Origin: Methanotrichaceae archaeon | GTDB taxonomy: Archaea > Halobacteriota > Methanosarcinia > Methanotrichales > Methanotrichaceae | DNA length: 64,000 bases | Direction of reading: 5' to 3' | Assembly: GCA_963748825.1 (NCBI GenBank) | Contig: CAVVKN010000025.1 | Location: 28,802-92,801, forward strand | The notes under the pieces: model-generated | What the model saw: only the letters and a program-made list of their open reading frames with translations | Databases searched by the model: none | Told to the model about the DNA's origin: nothing | Part shown: in pieces, positions 56,989 to 64,000 of the stretch | Position numbering within the stretch: the first letter of the stretch is position 1 | Layout of the letters: each line of letters opens with the position of its first letter | Program-made: the position numbers and the translations under genes

Positions 56989-59643
56989 TTATCGCAGTCC
57001 GGGCAGCACCTTCTTCATGACCTCGGCAGCCATGACCACCAGCAGACCGACGCCCAGAACTAGAATCCAGCTCTCGGATGTCAGAGGCTCTGTCTGGAAG
57101 ATGGATTGCATGAACGGAATGTAAACCACCGCAAGAATTGAGGATATCGAACCGGCTATTCCCAGGAGAAGCGTCTTATTGCCCAGTGGATTCATCCTGA
57201 ATATGGACTCTTCCAAAGAGCGGCTGCTATAGGCATTGTACACCGTGAAAAAGCCCAGCCCCACAAAGGCCATGGTTCTGGCATAGCTCAGATCCTGTCC
57301 CATCTCCAGCGAGGCCATGTAAAGGCCGAGTGTGCCGGTTACGATCGCTGCTGCAATTCCTAGGGTATAGATTAGCAGGGCTCTTGAGGGCATGCTCTCT
57401 CTGGGATCGCGCGGCTTCTTCGTCATGATCTGTGCATGAGCCGGCTCCAGGGCCAGGCCTATCGCCGGTAACTCCTCCGCCACGACGTTTATCCAGAGAA
57501 TTTGCGCTGCCAGGAGAGGTAAGGGATAGCCAAGAACAACGGCAATGAAGATCGTGGCCAGTTCAGCAAAGCTGACGGCCAGAAGGTAACTGGTTCCCTT
57601 TCTTATGTTGTCGTAGATCCTCCTGCCCTCCAAAACGGCCCCGACGATGGTGGCAAAGTTGTCATCGGCGATGACCATATCCGATGCTTCCTTGGTAACC
57701 TCGGTGCCCGTCTTTCCCATGGCGATACCTATGTCTGCTGCCTTCAACGCGGGAGCATCGTTTACTCCGTCTCCCGTCATGGCTACGATGTTGCCCCTCT
57801 TTTTCAGCGCCTCGACTATGCGCACCTTGTGCTCGGCCGTGACCCGGGCAAATATCGAGACCTCATCGATCCGCTCCTGCAGCTTTTCATCGCTCATCCT
57901 CTCCAGATCGGCTCCCTCAATGACCTCCCCATTACCAATATCCAGCTCCTTGCCAATGGCTTTAGCCGTGAGGCGGTGATCTCCTGTGATCATGACCGTC
58001 CTGATGCCTGCGATCTTGCTGACCGAAATGGCATCCATTACCTCTTTTCTAGGAGGGTCCATCATGCCGGCAAGACCTGCGAAGATCAGATCGGATTCAA
58101 CAAAATCCATTTCCAGAGGATCGCTGATGTCCATGGATTTGCTGGCAAAGGCCAAAACCCTCAAGGCACAGTCGGCCATGCCATCCGCTCTGGCAAGAAT
58201 TGCTCTTTTGTCCTCTTCGGTAAGGGGCGAAACACCCTGGGCACGGGCAATGCGGGTGCATCTGCCAAGTACGACCTCAGGTGCGCCTTTCATTGATACG
58301 GTCCGGCCATCGCCCTGGATATCATCGACCGTTGTCATCCTTCTGCGATCGGAATCAAAGGGATATTCCGCAATTCTAGTGCCACTCTTCTTTATCCTAT
58401 CCAGAATGCCTGCCTTTTTTGCGGCAACAATTATAGCCCCCTCCGTTGGATCTCCCACTATGCGCCAGTTGCCGTTGGCCTTCTCGATGTCCGCGTTGTT
58501 TGCACGCGTACCTATTTTGAGAAGCTGGGCCAGATCCTCTTCCAGGGGGTCGATGGGCCTGCCTTGCTCGGAGAAGGAACCCACCGGATTGTAGCCCGGT
58601 CCCTCCACATCGATGGTTCTAAAGGTTTGAATCTCTCGAAGCGTCATCTCGCCGGTTGTGAGGGTGCCGGTCTTATCGGTACAGATCACCGTAGTCGATC
58701 CCAGGGTCTCGACCGCAGGCAGCCTTCTAATTATGGCGTTTTTCTTGGCCATGGCCTGGGTTCCGAAGGCCAAAGCCAGGGTAACAATAAAAGGAAGAGC
58801 TTCAGGCACTCCTGCTACGGCTAGAGCGATGGCAGCTATCAGGGAATCCATGATGGGAGTGCCCCTGCTCGAGTCCAGCACGAAGACGATTGCGGCTATG
58901 GCAAAAACCAGGAGGGCCTGTCTCTTGGCCAGGTGTTCCAGCTTTATCTTGAGGGGCGGATCTGCCTGCTTCTGTTTGATCATGCCCGAGATTCTGCCCA
59001 GTTCAGTGGAAAGGCCCGTGGCGGTCACCACAGCCCTGCAATTGCCGTAGGAGACGATGGTCCCCATGAAGACCATATTCTTTCTGTCGGCAAGAGCGGC
59101 ATCTGCGAGCAACTGCTCTGTGCTCTTTTTAACAGGCAGCGATTCCCCGGTTAATGGGGCCTCAATGACCTGCAGGGCCGTCACCTCAACAATTCGACCG
59201 TCTGCCGGCACCTTATCTCCTGCTTCCAGATAGACCATGTCACCGGGAACAAGTTGCGAGGCGGGGATGGTGCTCATCTTGCCATCCCGCATGACATCCG
59301 CCTCCGGGGCCACCATATCTCGGAGCGCCTCCATGGCCCTTTCCGCTTTATACTCCTGGAAGAATCCAATGATTGCCACGAGAATAACTATTCCTAGAAT
59401 AACGTAGGAATTGGTGCTCTCGCCGGCAATGTAAGAGATCACGGCGGCAAAGACCAGCACTAAAACCATATAATCTTTAAATTTGGACAGGAAAATTTTC
59501 AAAGGCGAGGGTTTGGAGGGGCTTTCCAGTTGATTGGGACCGTACTCGGAGAGTCTTTTGGCCGCATCATCAGAGCTAAGTCCCTTTTGTCCGGTTTTTA
59601 GACCGGCCAAAACCTCATCAGTTGTAATTGAATGCCATTTCAC
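56989..59643 (-). CDS. P-type IIA (Ca2+-like) cation-transporting ATPase
   Basis: TGES, VPEALP, DKTGTLT, KGAPE, MTGDGVNDAPALK. Confidence 0.95.
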   Translation of the reverse strand: MKWHSITTDEVLAGLKTGQKGLSSDDAAKRLSEYGPNQLESPSKPSPLKIFLSKFKDYMVLVLVFAAVISYIAGESTNSYVILGIVILVAIIGFFQEYKAERAMEALRDMVAPEADVMRDGKMSTIPASQLVPGDMVYLEAGDKVPADGRIVEVTALQVIEAPLTGESLPVKKSTEQLLADAALADRKNMVFMGTIVSYGNCRAVVTATGLSTELGRISGMIKQKQADPPLKIKLEHLAKRQALLVFAIAAIVFVLDSSRGTPIMDSLIAAIALAVAGVPEALPFIVTLALAFGTQAMAKKNAIIRRLPAVETLGSTTVICTDKTGTLTTGEMTLREIQTFRTIDVEGPGYNPVGSFSEQGRPIDPLEEDLAQLLKIGTRANNADIEKANGNWRIVGDPTEGAIIVAAKKAGILDRIKKSGTRIAEYPFDSDRRRMTTVDDIQGDGRTVSMKGAPEVVLGRCTRIARAQGVSPLTEEDKRAILARADGMADCALRVLAFASKSMDISDPLEMDFVESDLIFAGLAGMMDPPRKEVMDAISVSKIAGIRTVMITGDHRLTAKAIGKELDIGNGEVIEGADLERMSDEKLQERIDEVSIFARVTAEHKVRIVEALKKRGNIVAMTGDGVNDAPALKAADIGIAMGKTGTEVTKEASDMVIADDNFATIVGAVLEGRRIYDNIRKGTSYLLAVSFAELATIFIAVVLGYPLPLLAAQILWINVVAEELPAIGLALEPAHAQIMTKKPRDPRESMPSRALLIYTLGIAAAIVTGTLGLYMASLEMGQDLSYARTMAFVGLGFFTVYNAYSSRSLEESIFRMNPLGNKTLLLGIAGSISSILAVVYIPFMQSIFQTEPLTSESWILVLGVGLLVVMAAEVMKKVLPGLR

Positions 59644-59760
59644 GCGTCTAGCCTCACTTTGTGGATGAGAGGGACTACGGCAATTGTAGTTAAAGTTATC
59701 GCAAATAAGGCTTGATTACGCATAGACTCTTTGTCCTTCCTGTTTCTGCTTCTTGACTTT

Positions 59761-60188
59761 TTATTCGCGTTCGATGATTTCAGTGATGAGTGATGCAAAC
59801 CAAACAAAACTAAGATCCAATTCTGGATATCTTTCATCGAATTTCTCGGAATGAACTCCAATTAGGTATTTCTTAAAAGATTTTATGCGATCATGAACAA
59901 GTTCTGCCCTTCCATTAAAATTTCGAATGAACGTAGTTGGTTTTGTCAAAACAGGACTTCCACTTGTACCATTATGTAACCGTGAATCAATTAGAAAACC
60001 CTGTCTTCCGCGAAATGGCTGACAGTATGGTGTCGCAATTGTCGCAGCACGAGCAATCGGCGTATTGTGCAAAGGTTGCCGCTTTGCTCATAAAAGAATC
60101 CAGAAGCACATTCCTCTTCGTATGTTTGACCTTCTTTGAAAAATTTTACCATTGATACTGCAAATATTTCTTTTTCAAGAACAACCAA
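59761..60188 (-). pseudogene. Trypsin-like serine protease with internal deletion
   Basis: N-terminal ASGFFY and C-terminal FLIDSRLHNGTSGSPV..LIGVHS in different frames; catalytic His segment missing. Confidence 0.7.
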
Positions 60189-60223
60189 ATCAATCTCACC
60201 TCAACATCTAATTGACCGAACTT

Positions 60224-60439
60224 CTAAACAACGACGTCGACGCATCTGGCAGAAATCGTCGGCTCTGGGATGGGCATCTTATCCTCCTTTAGCCCTTCCA
60301 GGTGAAACTCTATCGCTTCTTTCATCAATTCGGACATCTCCTCCTCTGTCTCGCCTGCTGCAACCACGCCAGGCAGATCTGGGCAGTATGCGGAGTAATT
60401 CTTTTCACCCTTCTCGATGATTATGGTGTATTTAGCCAT
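60224..60439 (-). CDS. hicB: HicB antitoxin
   Basis: YSAYCPDLPGVVAAGETEEE..EAIEFHLEGL..PIPEP. Confidence 0.92.
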   Translation of the reverse strand: MAKYTIIIEKGEKNYSAYCPDLPGVVAAGETEEEMSELMKEAIEFHLEGLKEDKMPIPEPTISARCVDVVV

Positions 60440-60632
60440 TCAAGATGTCCTCTATGTCTGCCTGCTTTAATATACTTTTCAGGGTCTTGGGATGCAAGTC
60501 CATATCGAGCTTGCCTGCAATTGTCACACGGCCACTTTTAAATGGATGCTTGAACTGTCTGTGGCTACCTCTGATACTCACAAGACGCCATCCATCGGCC
60601 TCGATTAGCTTGATTACATCTCTCACTCTCAT
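60432..60632 (-). CDS. hicA: HicA toxin
   Basis: IEADGW..RGSHRQFKHP..GRVTI..TLKSILKQA. Confidence 0.92.
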   Translation of the reverse strand: MRVRDVIKLIEADGWRLVSIRGSHRQFKHPFKSGRVTIAGKLDMDLHPKTLKSILKQADIEDILNG

Positions 60633-60677
60633 CTTCGCTCGAATTGAGTAATGTTTGTTCAGATTCAGATCTAATTC

Positions 60678-61109
60678 TTAGCAGCTTCTCTTTTTGTGTC
60701 TTAGAAAGCTCTCGTACCCCATCCTGGAAAGCTTGTCCGCCTCCTCGTTCTCCTCACGCGGCACCCAAGAGAAGCTCACATCCTTTCCCTGCAGAAGCCT
60801 CTTGATCTCGGGCACGTACTTCTTGGAGGTGGCTGAGGACACCTTGTACTGGCCCTTCATCTGCTTGATCACCAGCTCCGAGTCGCCTTTGATGAGGATC
60901 TTATCTTCGATCCCCTCATCGACCAGCCACTGCGCCGCGGCCATCAATGCCTCATACTCGGCCACATTGTTGGTCATGCCCCGGCCCTCGCCCACGCCGC
61001 CGAAGCCGCGCCAGATCGGCTCGCTGTCCCGATAGACAAGGTAGCCATAAGCAGCCACCCCGCCGGGATTCTTGGGATAGCACAGCCCGTCGAAGTAAAT
61101 GGTGATCAT
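60678..61109 (-). CDS. rnhA: Ribonuclease HI
   Basis: YFDG..NPG, TNNVAEYEAL, GDSELVIKQM, WVPREENEEADKL. Confidence 0.93.
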   Translation of the reverse strand: MITIYFDGLCYPKNPGGVAAYGYLVYRDSEPIWRGFGGVGEGRGMTNNVAEYEALMAAAQWLVDEGIEDKILIKGDSELVIKQMKGQYKVSSATSKKYVPEIKRLLQGKDVSFSWVPREENEEADKLSRMGYESFLRHKKRSC

Positions 61110-61204
61110 GTTGATTGCTGCTTTATGAATGAAACATTATAAAAACTGCGCCCGGATTTGCCTGCTAGAAGGTAGGTAATAAAATAATAGAGTCCTCTTT
61201 GAGT

Positions 61205-61317
61205 CCTCCGTGCGCTCTGCGTCTGCAGTGGTGGTAGTATCGTCAGCCATTGGTGTAACCAGCGAATAACGAATAAAGACATTTCAACCACATAGTTCAC
61301 AGAGCACGCACAGAGCG
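61205..61317. repeat. Solo repeat: inverted E motifs flanking an 11+8+11 core
   Basis: CTCCGTGCGCTCTGCG...CATTGGTGTAA-CCAGCGAA-TAACGAATAAA (61248-61277)...CACAGAGCACGCACAGAG. Confidence 0.6.
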
Positions 61318-61474
61318 GCTAACTAACAACTAAAAAACCATATTAACCAGAGGTTAGCCACTGGAAATCGAGATGAGCCCTTTTTCAGGCACGATGCATT
61401 TATAACAGATTTGATTCAAACCAAGGCTACAGGAATTGTAAGGCCACGTGCCAAATAAAGAGGTCCTAGAGATC

Positions 61475-62539
61475 ATGAAGGTTGCTGTCATTGGAGGAGG
61501 CATAGCCGGTGCAGAGCTGATAAGAGTAGCCTCGCCCTGCCCTCTGCAGTTCACATTGATTGAGCCCAAAAAGCAGGTAGAGATGCAGGCTCTGTATCCC
61601 GAGTACCTGGGCGGAGTGGCCAGGCTGCAGGATCTGGCGGCACCTCTCAAGCCTTTTTGCGAGCGCGTGGGAGCCACACATATTCGAGAAAAGGCCCTGC
61701 GCCTGGAAGGTAACACCGTCGTCTGCGAGAAGTCGCGTGTCGAGTTCGACTACGTGGTGGTAGCGACGGGGGCTGCTCAAAATTACTTCGGCATCAAGGG
61801 CGTGGAGAACACCTTCTCCATCAACACCCTGGAGGAGACCAAGAAGGCACGCCGCTTCGTGGAAGACAACTATCCGGAGAGGATCATGATCATGGGCTCT
61901 GGTCTCACCGGCGTGGAAGCGGCCTCTATTTTGGCGGAAAGCCTGGACGCCAGCATCTACATCATCGAGGCCAAAGACCGGGTACTGCCTCAGTTCTCGC
62001 TACAGACTTCGCAGCTCGTGGAAAAGGCGCTCTCCAAGAAGGGCGTGAACATCCTCACATCCACCCAGGTAGCTGGGGTCAAGGAGGACTGCATAAGTTT
62101 CACGGACGGCACCTGCCTGGACTGCGACATGGCCATTTGGACGGCAGGGGTCAAGCCCTCTCCTTTCATTCAGGATCTGGACGTGCCCAAGAAGAACGGC
62201 TGGATACTTGTAGACCCCTACCTCAACGCCAAAGGGAATGTCTTTGCCATGGGCGACTGCGCATGGATAGAGGTCGATGGAAAGCTCGCCACCAAGACAG
62301 GCCTGGAAGCGGAGCGGCAGGCGAAGTACCTGGCCCGCCATTTCAGGAACCTGATAAGCGGAAGGACTATTGATAAGTACTCGGTGCGGGCCAGCACAGA
62401 CAGCCAGGTAGCGCTCATCTCTCTCGGCGCGGACTGTGCTGTGGGCGTGGTGGGAAAGACCTGCATCGGCGTGCCGACGAGGCTGATCTACTCGCTGAAG
62501 AGCTGGATCGACAAGTCGTTTATCAAACGATTTAAATAA
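61475..62539 (+). CDS. NDH-2/SQR-like FAD-dependent oxidoreductase
   Basis: VIGGGIAG, VVATG, MGSGLTGVEAA, IWTAGV, VFAMGDC. Confidence 0.9.
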   Translation: MKVAVIGGGIAGAELIRVASPCPLQFTLIEPKKQVEMQALYPEYLGGVARLQDLAAPLKPFCERVGATHIREKALRLEGNTVVCEKSRVEFDYVVVATGAAQNYFGIKGVENTFSINTLEETKKARRFVEDNYPERIMIMGSGLTGVEAASILAESLDASIYIIEAKDRVLPQFSLQTSQLVEKALSKKGVNILTSTQVAGVKEDCISFTDGTCLDCDMAIWTAGVKPSPFIQDLDVPKKNGWILVDPYLNAKGNVFAMGDCAWIEVDGKLATKTGLEAERQAKYLARHFRNLISGRTIDKYSVRASTDSQVALISLGADCAVGVVGKTCIGVPTRLIYSLKSWIDKSFIKRFK

Positions 62540-62649
62540 AATGAATTTAGAATAAATAAAGAATCCTAGCTCATGCTGACAAGGAAACCAAAAATAGACT
62601 AAAATAGGCGCGCTTTCTCTCGCGCCTATCTTTTTCGTGAAAATCGGTC

Positions 62650-63216
62650 TTATCTTGCCGCTTTTGCCACGCGCTCCACACTGTCCCTGTGGTTGATGGC
62701 GTAGCTCTTGACATCACGGTTGGCTGCGGATATGATCTCGTCTGCCAGCGCCGCCTCAGCCGTCTTGGCCTTCTTAAAGGAGGCATTATATGCGCCCTTG
62801 GTCAGGAACATTAGGGCTGTGTCCACGCGCCTCTGAGGTGATGTATCCACGGCTTTAGGCACAGTTATGCCGCCGTACTTGAGCCGAACAACCTCTTCGC
62901 GAGGGCCCGCATTGGCGATGGCCTTGACCAGAACAGATAACGGGTTCTCCTTGGTCTTCTTGGCAACTATGTCAAATGCCCTCTCGACTATGCCGTAGGC
63001 CTTGAGTTTCTTGCCCGTGTTCTTCTCCGTCCTCATCATCTTGTTTACCAGGCGCTCCACGATGTGCTGCTCGGACTTCTTGAACTGCTGCTTGGCATGC
63101 TTGCCGCCCGAAATCATGACTGACTTGGGTGTCAGATTCATATAGCCCTTTGTGCTTGGATCTGCAACTTCGACTTCAGATGCATCCCACTTGCCGAATA
63201 GCTTCACAATAATCAC
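62650..63216 (-). CDS. rps7: 30S ribosomal protein S7
   Basis: [35 protein letters not shown]. Confidence 0.97.
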   Translation of the reverse strand: MIIVKLFGKWDASEVEVADPSTKGYMNLTPKSVMISGGKHAKQQFKKSEQHIVERLVNKMMRTEKNTGKKLKAYGIVERAFDIVAKKTKENPLSVLVKAIANAGPREEVVRLKYGGITVPKAVDTSPQRRVDTALMFLTKGAYNASFKKAKTAEAALADEIISAANRDVKSYAINHRDSVERVAKAAR

Positions 63217-63641
63217 CTCACCGGCTTTTCCTTTCTCCCTCGGACAAGCTCCAGTAAGGAGACGTTATTGACTGCGATAACCTTGAATCTGACTCCAGGG
63301 ATATCTCCCATGGACCGTCCCTGACGACCGCCGATACGATCGACAGTGACCTCGTCATGCTCGTCTATGAATCCGATGGCTCCATCGCCCGGGGCAAAAG
63401 CCGTAACCTGACGACCATTTTTGATGAGCTGTATGCGCACAGCTTTTCTTATGGCTGAGTTGGGCTGCTTAGCCTCAATTCCTACCTTTTCGAGAACTAT
63501 TCCCCTTCCCATGGGCGCTCCGCTCAAGGGGTCAGCCTTCATCTTGCTCCCTGACATCCTTCGGATATACTTAGGATCGCTCCACCGGAGCGCCTTCCTA
63601 TCACTCTCCAGTTTCCTGGCGGCATAGATTCCATTTCCCAT
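63213..63641 (-). CDS. rps12: 30S ribosomal protein S12
   Basis: [21 protein letters not shown]. Confidence 0.98.
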   Translation of the reverse strand: MGNGIYAARKLESDRKALRWSDPKYIRRMSGSKMKADPLSGAPMGRGIVLEKVGIEAKQPNSAIRKAVRIQLIKNGRQVTAFAPGDGAIGFIDEHDEVTVDRIGGRQGRSMGDIPGVRFKVIAVNNVSLLELVRGRKEKPVR

Positions 63642-63672
63642 TTATTTCACCCTAGTAAATCGCAACAATTTG

Positions 63673-64000
63673 TTATTGAATTATGATATCATCAACGCCG
63701 TGATGCCTCTGCGCAAGCATCTTGGCTTTTAATATGTTTCGGCCATCTCTGCCGATGGCAATGCCTTTATCCTTATTTGCTACCTCTACATAAGCCAATC
63801 GCTTATTATTCTTGTCTACGACCACGACATTCTTTATGGCCGCCGGCTGGAAGAGGTTTTCCAAAAACTCCTTTACATCGTCGCTGTACTCGACGATCTC
63901 GATCTGCTTTCCTACCGACTTCTTAACCCGGTTGATGTTCGAGCCCTTTCGGCCTATGGCTGCGCCCATGTCTCCTTTTTTTATGACAAAAATGATGCGT
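63673..64000 (-). CDS. nusA: Archaeal NusA (5' end outside the window)
   Basis: GDMGAAIGRKGSN..KGIAIGRDGRNI KH motifs, upstream of rps12. Confidence 0.95.
   Translation of the reverse strand, partial: RIIFVIKKGDMGAAIGRKGSNINRVKKSVGKQIEIVEYSDDVKEFLENLFQPAAIKNVVVVDKNNKRLAYVEVANKDKGIAIGRDGRNILKAKMLAQRHHGVDDIIIQ

Overview
Archaeal chromosome segment, most consistent with a Methanothrix-like (Methanosarcinales) methanogen: ycaO-tfuA, mtrA/mtrH homologues, cooS-cooF, eIF5A-agmatinase, argC-CBS-argJ-argH and nusA-rps12-rps7. It has three zones. (1) 1-9430 is an accessory island downstream of tRNA-Leu(CAG). Its first 6 kb is an array of six type II/VII toxin-antitoxin pairs plus a VapC relic, interspersed with copies of one modular, same-orientation GC-rich repeat. 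Three long copies contain a conserved 11+8+11 bp imperfect palindrome resembling a Xer/cer-type tyrosine-recombinase core, flanked by CTCTGYG/CRCAGAG REP-like motifs; related solo copies occur at about 9.7, 53.2 and 61.2 kb. This is the best candidate for an undescribed cassette system. No recombinase gene is visible in the window. (2) About 9.9-40.9 kb is mostly housekeeping, with two small cargo insertions bracketed by diverged duplicates of host gene 3' ends. (3) About 41-61 kb is a plasticity zone with pseudogenes, IS relics, secreted hypotheticals, a transporter fusion, a P-type ATPase and hicAB, followed by the str-type ribosomal cluster. All calls are by eye from motifs, with no database searches. 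Some single-base frameshifts could be assembly errors.
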